DNA from: Candidatus Nealsonbacteria bacterium
GTDB taxonomy: Bacteria; Patescibacteriota; Minisyncoccia; Minisyncoccales; PWPS01
Length of the DNA stretch: 64,000 nucleotides
Reading direction: 5' to 3'
NCBI GenBank assembly: GCA_003557645.1
Contig: PWNV01000020.1
Coordinates: forward strand, 14,328 to 78,327
A program made the position numbers and the translations under genes. Under the pieces are notes generated by a model that saw only the letters and a program-made list of their open reading frames with translations, was not told the origin of the DNA and did not search any database. Each line of letters starts with the position of its first letter. Position 1 is the stretch's first letter. Below, one piece after another: positions 8,167-16,734 of the stretch.

Positions 8167-9041
8167 ATATGCTTTCTTAAGTAGTCCTTTAGCTCCTTGC
8201 CTATCTTCTCTCTTTCAAGTGCAAATTTAAAAGAAGTCTTTAAGTAGCTAAGAGGATCGCCGGTAGTATGCCACTCTCCCTTTACCGGTTGTGCAATAAT
8301 TTTTTCACCTTTTTTGCAAAGTGCATTAAAAATATCTGCAACTCCCAATTCATCGTCTTTTCCTGGTAGTGTGGTTATCACCTCATTTAATACCTTAGGA
8401 GAAAAAACAAATCTCCCAAAAAGGGCCATCTTCGAGGGAGCATCTTTAGCAGGAACCTTCTCGCTAAACCCCTCAATCTCATACTTATTTTTTGTATTTT
8501 CTTTGTAACGAACAGTTCCATATTTGTGCACCTCTTCTTCTTTAACTTCTTGCACTCCAAAAGCAGCTGCTGGTCTTTCCTTTTCATAAACATCCATAAT
8601 TTGTTTTGTAACCGGATTTTCAGAAAGCGTCATATCATCACCAAACATATAAACGAACGATTCGTCAGGATTGATTATCGGCATAACAGAAAAAAGAGGA
8701 GCAGCATTTCCAGGAGGTACATCAGCTCTTTGCCTTACATAAATAAAGTTTGCTAGCTTAGGAATTCTCTTGATTTCCTCTAAGCGCTTTGCTTTTCCGC
8801 TTTTTTCAAGCTTTTGTTCTAGTTCTATGTGTGAGTCAAAATAATCCTCGAGCGCTGTTTGACCTGCTCTTGTAACTAAAATGATATCCTTAATTCCGGA
8901 CTTCACAGCTTCTTCAACTAAATAGTGAACAATTGGTTTATCAATAATAGGAAGCATCTCTTTTGGTTGATTTTTAGTCGCTGGCAGAAAACGTGTTCCG
9001 TAACCAGCAGCCGCGATAACTGCTTTTGTAATTTTAGTCAT
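8163..9041 (-). CDS. galU: UTP--glucose-1-phosphate uridylyltransferase
   Basis: 292 aa. KAVIAAAGYGTRFLPATKNQPKEMLPIIDKP is the canonical GalU N-terminus. Confidence 0.92.
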   Translation of the reverse strand: MTKITKAVIAAAGYGTRFLPATKNQPKEMLPIIDKPIVHYLVEEAVKSGIKDIILVTRAGQTALEDYFDSHIELEQKLEKSGKAKRLEEIKRIPKLANFIYVRQRADVPPGNAAPLFSVMPIINPDESFVYMFGDDMTLSENPVTKQIMDVYEKERPAAAFGVQEVKEEEVHKYGTVRYKENTKNKYEIEGFSEKVPAKDAPSKMALFGRFVFSPKVLNEVITTLPGKDDELGVADIFNALCKKGEKIIAQPVKGEWHTTGDPLSYLKTSFKFALEREKIGKELKDYLRKHI

Positions 9042-9051
9042 ATTTTCTATT

Positions 9052-9678
9052 TTACTTTTTAATTAATGCTAACATCTTATTAATTTTTTTATCTCTCCTG
9101 AAAGAAAAATAATTTTCATCACAGTATGTGCAAACCGAAGATAAACTCACTTTCTCTACTCCTCCACGCAGTATTTTTTCTTCTGCAATTTTTTTAATTG
9201 ACAAAAACTTTTTCCCCTTCCTTTCATAGCGCGCATTTTTGAATTCTTTAAATTTATTAAAAACATCGCCTTGAACCTCAAAATGACAATCATCTATTCC
9301 TGGCCCTATGAAAAAACTTAATTTTTTTTTCCTTTCTATCTCCTCTATTTTTTCCATTGTTTTTTCAATTATTCCCTTTTCAATACCTTTCCATCCTGCG
9401 TGAAGAACTCCAACCATCTTATCAGAAAAAAAGAATATGGGAAGACAATCAGAAACAGTGACTCCAAGCACAATCTTCTCAGAAGTCGTGATAAGTCCAT
9501 CAATGCCAGGCATCACTTTTCCTTGATCATTTTCATCCACTCTTACCGTTTTATTTCCATGACAAATACCAGCAAGAACCAGCGACTTGGGAATAATTTT
9601 GTTTCTTTTTAGAAAGTTCAATTTATTTTCTGAAACATCCATCGCTCCATCTTTTTTTTCTGAAACTACAATTTTCAT
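9052..9678 (-). CDS. pgeF: YfiH/PgeF family (DUF152) purine nucleoside phosphorylase / peptidoglycan editing factor-like
   Basis: 208 aa with conserved CHGN, SDCLPIFF, LHAGWKG and CTYC..FFSFRRD. Confidence 0.8.
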   Translation of the reverse strand: MKIVVSEKKDGAMDVSENKLNFLKRNKIIPKSLVLAGICHGNKTVRVDENDQGKVMPGIDGLITTSEKIVLGVTVSDCLPIFFFSDKMVGVLHAGWKGIEKGIIEKTMEKIEEIERKKKLSFFIGPGIDDCHFEVQGDVFNKFKEFKNARYERKGKKFLSIKKIAEEKILRGGVEKVSLSSVCTYCDENYFSFRRDKKINKMLALIKK

Positions 9679-10256
9679 AAAAAAATTAGCACTGTCTCAA
9701 TTATAGCTGCCACTGCAAGAAGAGGTATTATAACCATAAAAAAGACATCCACACAAATTTTAACAGAATTCTTCAGTTCTTCCCCTGTAAGAAATTCTCG
9801 TAACTTCCCCTGCCTCATCCTGCTCCAAGCAGAAAAGCCAAGCCATAAGCCAAGACCACTGCCAATAAAAACGGCTGGCAGCTCAAATATACCGTGCGGA
9901 AGAAGCAAAGATAGCAAAATGAAAAGGCCATATTGCGAATAAAAAAAAGAAGAAACTAATCCAAGGACCAGTCCATTAATGAAAAGAAAAAACAAGGTAG
10001 GCAGCATGAAAAATATCCCAAGGGCCATTCCCAAAAAAACCGTTATAGTATTGTTAAAAAAGATAAAAAGAACCATTTCTAGCGGTCCAATGTCAAGTAA
10101 AGGAGAAAATGCATTCAATACTTCCTTATAAACTTCCTCGGCTTGTCCCGGATATGCTTGCACAATAAAAACACCAATTAAAAAGGAAGCCACAAAGAAC
10201 AAGAAAGAATATATCCCATAATACTTGATAATGCGAAGAATTAGACTTTTATTCAT
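9675..10256 (-). CDS. SpoIIM/DUF95-family integral membrane protein
   Basis: 193 aa, multi-TM, with the HGIFELPAVFIGSGLG signature. Confidence 0.7.
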   Translation of the reverse strand: MNKSLILRIIKYYGIYSFLFFVASFLIGVFIVQAYPGQAEEVYKEVLNAFSPLLDIGPLEMVLFIFFNNTITVFLGMALGIFFMLPTLFFLFINGLVLGLVSSFFYSQYGLFILLSLLLPHGIFELPAVFIGSGLGLWLGFSAWSRMRQGKLREFLTGEELKNSVKICVDVFFMVIIPLLAVAAIIETVLIFL

Positions 10257-11961
10257 TGTTTAGTAACATCTTTAGCTCTCTTTTTCTTAAATCTGCAAGA
10301 TTTTCAAAATTTAAATTTTCATCAATGATCTCACTTAAATATTTCCCCGCCAAAAAGTGAGGCAAGAGAGTGTAATCTACGCCTTCCTTGTATAGGATAA
10401 GAGCTTCATTTTCGTTTTCTGCTCGAGAAATAATCGTGATGTTTTTGTTAATCGCCCCCACTTTTTTGATTATTGTAAGATTATCCTCTAAGCTAGGACT
10501 TGTTGAGATAATTAGTTTTGTCTTTGTTAAATTTAAGTCCTCAAAAAAATGGGGATCTTTAATGTCTGCAAACAAACAGTCAATTCCTCTTTCTTTTAAT
10601 TCATCAATTATAACGGGGTCAAATTCAGCAACCAAGAAGTTTTCTTTCTTTAGATTTTTTAGTATTCCCCTCCCTGTTCGATGCGCTCCTATCAAAATAA
10701 TTGGTTTGGATATATTTAAATCTTTCTCTTCTTGGTGTGCATTTTTCTTTTCAAAAATAGAGAGAAAACGAGAAATGTAAGGAAAAACCTTTTCTGCATA
10801 GATGATAAGATACGTTGAAAGAGTTATTGTGACTACCCCCACTGCTGCAATAAGAGCAAATATTTGATCTGTGATGTGACCAAGTGCAAGTCCCAAAGTA
10901 GCAAAAATCAAACTAAACTCCGATATTTGAGCAACCGTGACACCGGTTAAAAAGCTCGTGCGTTTTTTATAACGCATAATGCCCATAATTGTCATAACAA
11001 TCAAGGGATTTCCAATAAGAACAAACAAGGAGAAAAGCGCTATTGGAAATAGAAGGCCCTCAAAATCAGAAACTACCATCAAAGAACCAAGGAAAACAAA
11101 AAACACCAAAACAAAGAAATCTCTGAGAGGTCTAACCTTGCTTGCTATATGATACTTTTCTGCAGAGTTAGCAAGTGCTACTCCCCCCAAAAATCCAGCT
11201 ATCTCAATTGAGAAACCAAACTGCTCTACGGTGACACTGAAAAATAAAAGCCAAGCTAGAGTAACCAAAAATAGAAGCTCTTGTGATTTAGCAACTCGGC
11301 TAAATATAAATGGGAAAATATTCCTTCCAAGGAGAAGCATAATAATAAAAAGCGCTACTCCCCCCACCGCAGTTTGAAGCAAGGAAAGAATATCTATACC
11401 ACCCTCTATAGCGATCGCGTTAAGGCCAATTAAGATAAGAATCACTACTAAATCCTGCACTAACAAGAGCCCTACTGCCGCTCTCCCATGTAGGCTGGTT
11501 AGGCTTCCTTTATCAGAGAGGAGTTTTATGATTATTACCGTACTGGAGAACGTAAGAGCTATCGCTATATATATAGACGCAAAAAAATCAAACCCAAAAG
11601 CATAATAACCAATCAGAAAACCACCAATAGAGGTAAAAATTACTTGACCTAATCCAATAGCCAGGGAAAGTTTCCCTATTTTTTTTAACGACTTATAGTC
11701 CATTTCCAGCCCAACCAAGAAAAGTAAAAACATTACTCCTAGAGTGGAAAACGTCTCTATCGTATCTCCTTCTCCCATGCTTAAATAGCTATATGAACCA
11801 ATAACAATTCCAGTAGCAAGATAAGCGAGAAGCAGGGGCTGCTTAAGTATGCGCAAAATAATTCCAAGAACAGAAGCTAGTACAAGCATCACTGCAAGCT
11901 CCCCTAGAGTGGTTAGCTCTATGCCTTGTACAAAACTTGATAAGAATCCAAAAATCTCCAT
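10249..11961 (-). CDS. cation:proton antiporter (CPA2/Kef-like) with C-terminal RCK/TrkA-N domain
   Basis: 570 aa with ~12 TM segments, then a Rossmann-like segment IILIGAHRTGRGILKNLKKENFLVAEFDP. Confidence 0.85.
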   Translation of the reverse strand: MEIFGFLSSFVQGIELTTLGELAVMLVLASVLGIILRILKQPLLLAYLATGIVIGSYSYLSMGEGDTIETFSTLGVMFLLFLVGLEMDYKSLKKIGKLSLAIGLGQVIFTSIGGFLIGYYAFGFDFFASIYIAIALTFSSTVIIIKLLSDKGSLTSLHGRAAVGLLLVQDLVVILILIGLNAIAIEGGIDILSLLQTAVGGVALFIIMLLLGRNIFPFIFSRVAKSQELLFLVTLAWLLFFSVTVEQFGFSIEIAGFLGGVALANSAEKYHIASKVRPLRDFFVLVFFVFLGSLMVVSDFEGLLFPIALFSLFVLIGNPLIVMTIMGIMRYKKRTSFLTGVTVAQISEFSLIFATLGLALGHITDQIFALIAAVGVVTITLSTYLIIYAEKVFPYISRFLSIFEKKNAHQEEKDLNISKPIILIGAHRTGRGILKNLKKENFLVAEFDPVIIDELKERGIDCLFADIKDPHFFEDLNLTKTKLIISTSPSLEDNLTIIKKVGAINKNITIISRAENENEALILYKEGVDYTLLPHFLAGKYLSEIIDENLNFENLADLRKRELKMLLNNE

Positions 11962-11977
11962 TTCTTAGAATTAATTC

Positions 11978-13048
11978 TTACTCCTTGTCTTTTTTGAATA
12001 AATAAACTGATTTTGTGGGATAAGCAAACTCGATTTTTTCCTTCTCAAACTCCTTCTTAATTTCAAGTAATATCCTTTCCTGAAGATCCATAAAAACCTT
12101 GTAATCTCTTGATTTAGTAAAATATATAACTATAAAATCAAGTGAAAAGTCATTAAATTCACTAAAATGCGCTCTATCAAATTCAGCTAGTTCTTCTTTT
12201 TCTATTATTTTTTGGATTATTGTTGGAATTTTTCGTAGAAGCTCTGTTGGGGTTTCGTAAATAACACCTAATTTAATTTGATTTCTCCGATGCACCATCT
12301 TCCTTAGGTTGTGAATCTGAGCCGTTGTAAGTTCTTTATTGGAAAAGATTATCTCTTCTCCTTGCAAGGCACGTATTCTGGTACTCTTTATCCCAATTTT
12401 CTCAACAACACCCATCTTGTCCCCAACGGCAATAAAGTCACCCTCCACGAACGGACGATCAAAATAAATAGAAAAAGAACTAAAGAGATCAGATAAAATG
12501 TTTTGCAAAGCAAATGCAATGGCAACACCACCAATTCCCATTCCTGCAACAAGACCTGTCACATTTATTCCCAGAGCAGAAAGAAAAATTATTATCGCAA
12601 CCATCCAAAGCAGAGCTTTGACAATCTTACCAATGACACCAACAGCCATCACCCTACTATCATCACCACTTCTCTCAAGATATTTATAAATTATGTAATC
12701 AACAATTTGATGAGTAGCAATAAGTACTCTATAGATTAGCCAAGTAATAAAAACAACCGTCAGGGCTCTAGTAATAAAATATGGCGTAACGAGAATGAAG
12801 TGCGCAAAATAAAAAGAAACATAAGCATAAAAAGAAAACCTGACCTTATCTAGAAGATCCACAAAAAGGCTAGTTACTCCTCCCCTTCCCGCATATTTCC
12901 TTACTTTCTTTAAAAGAAATCTCTTAAATAGAAAAAAACCAAAAGTAATGACTAAGAAGGAGGCAAAAAAAGTAATATAATCAAAAAGAGTATTCTCAAA
13001 ATAAACTGTTTGTAATACTTCCGGTAAAAAATCAAATAAATTATTCAT
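11978..13048 (-). CDS. mechanosensitive ion channel, MscS family
   Basis: 356 aa. The pore helix plus beta-domain reads GIGGVAIAFALQNILSDLFSSFSIYFDRPFVEGDFIAVGD..GVVEKIGIKSTRIR. Confidence 0.9.
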   Translation of the reverse strand: MNNLFDFLPEVLQTVYFENTLFDYITFFASFLVITFGFFLFKRFLLKKVRKYAGRGGVTSLFVDLLDKVRFSFYAYVSFYFAHFILVTPYFITRALTVVFITWLIYRVLIATHQIVDYIIYKYLERSGDDSRVMAVGVIGKIVKALLWMVAIIIFLSALGINVTGLVAGMGIGGVAIAFALQNILSDLFSSFSIYFDRPFVEGDFIAVGDKMGVVEKIGIKSTRIRALQGEEIIFSNKELTTAQIHNLRKMVHRRNQIKLGVIYETPTELLRKIPTIIQKIIEKEELAEFDRAHFSEFNDFSLDFIVIYFTKSRDYKVFMDLQERILLEIKKEFEKEKIEFAYPTKSVYLFKKDKE

Positions 13049-13052
13049 TTTT

Positions 13053-13646
13053 TTATAAATTATTTTTTAATGCTTTAAATCCTTCTTGCAGAGCTTCTCT
13101 TTTCCTTGGATTATGTATAGCTACTGCAGGATGAAAAATTGGTATAATTTTTATATCTCCATAACTTGTTTTCGCCTTCAGCACTTTTCCATGTAAAGCA
13201 GTGATCGGTTTTAGCTCACTACCTAGGTCAAACTTAATAAGGATATATTCGGTAGAAAATCTTCCCAAAGGAACAATGATTTTTGGCTCTATAATTTCAA
13301 TTTGTCGATCAAGGAAAGGACGATAAATATCAATTTCCTCAGGCAAAGGATCACGATTTTTTGGTGGCCGATCTTTCACAATGTTGGTTATATAAGCGTC
13401 TTTCCTCTCAAAGCCAATTTTCCCAAGACACTCATCAAGAATCTTCCCAGACCTTCCACAGAAAGGTCTTCCGGTAGCTGCTTCTTGGGCTCCGGGGGCT
13501 TCACCAACAAACATTACCTCGGCATCATGATTCCCTTCTCCAATAACTGGAAAAGAACCACTAACAACTCTGTTTCTGTAAAGACCAGAATCTTCTAGTG
13601 CAACTACTTCATTTTTTATTTTCTCGAGTAGTTCACTTTTTTTCAT
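13053..13646 (-). CDS. uracil-DNA glycosylase, family 4
   Basis: 197 aa with GEGNHDAEVMFVGEAPGAQEAATGRPFCGRSGKIL and a C-terminal HPA motif. Confidence 0.9.
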   Translation of the reverse strand: MKKSELLEKIKNEVVALEDSGLYRNRVVSGSFPVIGEGNHDAEVMFVGEAPGAQEAATGRPFCGRSGKILDECLGKIGFERKDAYITNIVKDRPPKNRDPLPEEIDIYRPFLDRQIEIIEPKIIVPLGRFSTEYILIKFDLGSELKPITALHGKVLKAKTSYGDIKIIPIFHPAVAIHNPRKREALQEGFKALKNNL

Positions 13647-14680
13647 TTACGTAAAAAATTAACAAGCACCTGAAGTTCTTTAGCCGAAAGATTTTTCTTG
13701 ATCTTCTCTTTGATGCTTTGCACAATTTTTCCACTCTTCTCGGGAGTAAGTCTAAGTTCCTGATTTATTCTTTCCATAGAGGTATCAATTCTCATTTCAA
13801 ATATTTTCTTCTCTCTTTCGTCAAGATAGTCTTCTTCTAGAACTTTTTCTACTATATCTTCTTTTTTAAGTACAAAGAAAACATCTTTATTCCTTTTTCC
13901 ATCTGTCTCAATCATTTCCGCCTCTCCTGCAAAAATCTTCTCATACTCACTACAAGCAAAACAACGTCCAGGATAATTGCAAGGGAAAAACTTCTGCTCT
14001 ACCGCTTCCTTTATATTATATGCTTTCTCTTTAATTTTTTCCATAGAGAGTGAAAGATCCTCTATTTTTTGAGTCACTGGCTCGTCATCATTTTCTAGGT
14101 ACCAATAACTCACCTTCTCCACTGTTTTTGATAGATTCCCTTTTGAGAGAATTACATAAATGGGAAGCTGTAAAGAGTTTCCATTCTCCTTACTGCTTCC
14201 TGTTTTAAAGTCAATTATATGAGCTCCCCCGCTTGGAAGAATTTCAATCCAGTCAAGACTACCTACGAGCTTCACACTGCCATTCTTACTAAGGTTAACT
14301 GTTGGAAAGTCAGTGGTCGTACTAGTTGAAGGATTGTGTAAAAGTGGTGAACCCTCAACTTTCTTGACCATAGAAAGTCCCCTCTTTTTAAATTTTTCCT
14401 CCTTCTTTTTAGAAAGAAATCCGCCCTTAATGCCGTGATAATTTTTAAATATTTTCTCAAATCTTTCTTCTAACGATATAGATGTTCTCTTTTTTATTGG
14501 AACATCACTTAAGCTTTCTACCGTTTCATGCACAGCTAAACCAAGTGAAAAATAGGGATTGATCGTCTGTATTCTATTTCCTGTTTTTGGGTTACGATAC
14601 TCATACTGATAGTAATAAAGATGCGGGCAACGAGAAAAAGCGGAAATTGCTGAATGTGATATCCAAATGGTTTTTTTCAT
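13643..14680 (-). CDS. PD-(D/E)XK (RecB/Cas4-like) nuclease with 4-Cys cluster and C-terminal sigma70-region-4-like HTH
   Basis: 345 aa. N-terminal Cys in SRCPHLYY, nuclease motifs GSLDW, IIDFKTG and QLPIY, and C-terminal CNYPGRCFAC. The tail reads LDEREKKIFEMRI...LRLTPEKSGKIVQSIKEKIKKNL. Confidence 0.75.
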   Translation of the reverse strand: MKKTIWISHSAISAFSRCPHLYYYQYEYRNPKTGNRIQTINPYFSLGLAVHETVESLSDVPIKKRTSISLEERFEKIFKNYHGIKGGFLSKKKEEKFKKRGLSMVKKVEGSPLLHNPSTSTTTDFPTVNLSKNGSVKLVGSLDWIEILPSGGAHIIDFKTGSSKENGNSLQLPIYVILSKGNLSKTVEKVSYWYLENDDEPVTQKIEDLSLSMEKIKEKAYNIKEAVEQKFFPCNYPGRCFACSEYEKIFAGEAEMIETDGKRNKDVFFVLKKEDIVEKVLEEDYLDEREKKIFEMRIDTSMERINQELRLTPEKSGKIVQSIKEKIKKNLSAKELQVLVNFLRK

Positions 14681-14705
14681 GTTTTGCTAGTAATTAATAA
14701 AAATA

Positions 14706-14722
14706 TGTCGAAGCAATCGACA
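14706..14722 (-). terminator. weak hairpin terminator candidate
   Basis: TGTCGA-AGCAA-TCGACA, followed on the minus strand by TATTTTTATT. The stem is short. Confidence 0.35.
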
Positions 14723-14751
14723 CATTTTATGCTCTAGTTAATACAGTTATC

Positions 14752-15477
14752 TCATAACTCATCCCCTTCTGTTGTAGCGGGTTCTAGGGTGCCCTGATAA
14801 CTAATTATTTCATCAATGTCTTTTTCAAGATCAAAGAAAACTTCGATATTGCTTTCATTTATCATTTTTTCCATATCAGTGCTATACAAGGAGCTTATCT
14901 TGCGACGCAACGAACTTTCTCTGACCTCCTCTTCTATCTCTTCAAATGGAAGTTCCTCCACTCCCATCTCTATCATACTAGACACAAGGCTCTCATATTC
15001 AGCTTGGATTTCTTCCTCAGTGAGAATAACTTCCTCTCTATAAGCATCCATTAATTTTTCTTCTTTTGTCCATCTTTCCATCATCTCATTTAGATCCTTT
15101 TCACTTACCCCGTCCTCCATTGCTTTTTGAATAACTTCCTCTCTATTCTCTACACCCATATCAGCAACAACTTCTTTCCATTTTTCATCAATCTCTTCTT
15201 TAGTAACGGTAATCCCCTTGCTCTCAAGGTACTGGTCAAAGAGAGCTGTATAAACAACTTCTCGAATTGTTTCTTCCTTTAGTTTTTCTTCTGTTAAATC
15301 TTCTCCCGTCCATTCTTGCACACTTCTCATAACTTCATTAAAGTTTTCATACGTTATAACTTGCTCATTAATCTTAATCGCAACATCGTCAGTTCCCTCG
15401 GTCGTAAAAATAATTAAACCCGCAATAGCTACTGATAGTAAAATAATTAGAAACCAAACTTCTTTAAAAATTTTCAT
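14752..15477 (-). CDS. membrane-anchored acidic protein, SurA-N-terminal-like chaperone domain (tentative)
   Basis: 241 aa with an N-terminal TM helix, then a helical Glu-rich ectodomain that resembles SurA/PpiD N-terminal regions. Confidence 0.6.
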   Translation of the reverse strand: MKIFKEVWFLIILLSVAIAGLIIFTTEGTDDVAIKINEQVITYENFNEVMRSVQEWTGEDLTEEKLKEETIREVVYTALFDQYLESKGITVTKEEIDEKWKEVVADMGVENREEVIQKAMEDGVSEKDLNEMMERWTKEEKLMDAYREEVILTEEEIQAEYESLVSSMIEMGVEELPFEEIEEEVRESSLRRKISSLYSTDMEKMINESNIEVFFDLEKDIDEIISYQGTLEPATTEGDEL

Positions 15478-15538
15478 TTTTTTATTTTAAATTATAATAA
15501 TTGAACATAACACGATCAACTCCCTTTTGCAAATAATC

Positions 15539-16255
15539 CTACTCTATTCCTTGAAGACATCTTTGATAATTAAGAGCTTCTCTATTATATTGATTAGTAA
15601 GCAAATTAACCTGTTCTTTCAGACTGTGGTGCTCCATTATAATAGGATGACTTGCCCCAGAAATATTCTCTTCCCCTATCCTTTTTTCTAATACCTCAAT
15701 TCTTTTTGACTTATAGTTAATTCTGGAGTACAAGTCCTCGTCAGGAGCAATGCAATCAGACGCTGGAACCCCAAAAACTTGTACCGCCATAAAGATTTCC
15801 GTGTCCTCATAAATTCCGTACCCAGAAGCAATCCCTGTTTTACTAAAAATAGGATTGTAAATATTGTCTTGATACTCCTGACTTTCTATCCATACATCCA
15901 CTACACTTTCCTCATCCTCAAAATAACCCTTAATAATACTCATCTCCACAATATCAAAATCATATTCTTTTTCTTTTAGCAGATCCATAATACCCTTTCC
16001 ACTAGGAGAAAAGTAATCAAAGTACTGCTTTTCGAACATTTCTTCCATCTTGATTTTAGCCAGATTAGAAAGATTACTATCCAAGGAAAGAGGATCTATG
16101 TCGGTGACTCCTCTTCTTTGATTAACTTTTTCCAAAATTATCTCTTCACTTAATCTATCTTCCCACGGGAAAAAAAGAGACTTTGGCGTGCTAATAGCGT
16201 ACAAGAAGGCAATCAAGGAAACAATGAAAAGAAAAATTAGAAAAGTTTGACGCAT
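15539..16255 (-). CDS. secreted/anchored CAP (SCP/PR-1, YkwD-like) domain protein
   Basis: 238 aa with a signal anchor. CAP-like pattern: VNQRRGVTDIDPLSLDSNLSNLAKIKMEEM...YFDYFSPSGKG...GIASGYG. Confidence 0.7.
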   Translation of the reverse strand: MRQTFLIFLFIVSLIAFLYAISTPKSLFFPWEDRLSEEIILEKVNQRRGVTDIDPLSLDSNLSNLAKIKMEEMFEKQYFDYFSPSGKGIMDLLKEKEYDFDIVEMSIIKGYFEDEESVVDVWIESQEYQDNIYNPIFSKTGIASGYGIYEDTEIFMAVQVFGVPASDCIAPDEDLYSRINYKSKRIEVLEKRIGEENISGASHPIIMEHHSLKEQVNLLTNQYNREALNYQRCLQGIE

Positions 16256-16267
16256 AATTTAAATGAT

Positions 16268-16507
16268 TTACTTCTCTTCTTCATTAATCACCTCAACATC
16301 CGCTATTCTTACATCCTCATCTCTTATTCTAAGAATCCAATAAACCAAGAATATCGAAAAAAGAATGGCGAGCGCACTCACCCAACTTGGAATAATTTCA
16401 TCACCAACAATGATACTCCAGTCAAAAGCAAGTCTTATGAAGTGGAAAATTCCGGAAAACAAAAAATATGCTGCGATAATAATTAGAAAAATTTTTTTAT
16501 GTTTCAT
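16268..16507 (-). CDS. small membrane protein (79 aa, 2 TM)
   Basis: ORF with two hydrophobic helices, in an operon position downstream of the DUF167 gene. Confidence 0.5.
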   Translation of the reverse strand: MKHKKIFLIIIAAYFLFSGIFHFIRLAFDWSIIVGDEIIPSWVSALAILFSIFLVYWILRIRDEDVRIADVEVINEEEK

Positions 16508-16715
16508 ATAGGTAAAATATTTTATTTTTACTTTTACCCCCCTTAACCATCCTTATTTTACTGCTAGGATAAAATTCTTTTAAAACTTTTATTACTTTCT
16601 GATTTGCCTCTCCTTTCTGTGCCTTTTCCTTGATTTTCAAAATAATCTTATTTTCCGAAAGCTTTTCAATCTCCTCTTTTTTGCTCTCTGGAAAAACTAT
16701 AACTCTTATGTGCAT
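16497..16715 (-). CDS. DUF167 (YggU-like) protein
   Basis: ORF 16497..16769. I prefer the internal Met at 16715 (MHIRVIVFPESKKEEI), which avoids overlapping the helicase. The family-like segment is KAQKGEANQKVIKVLKEFY...VKGGKSKNK. Confidence 0.65.
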   Translation of the reverse strand: MHIRVIVFPESKKEEIEKLSENKIILKIKEKAQKGEANQKVIKVLKEFYPSSKIRMVKGGKSKNKIFYLYET

Positions 16716-16734
16716 TATACCAAAAATAAAGAAA

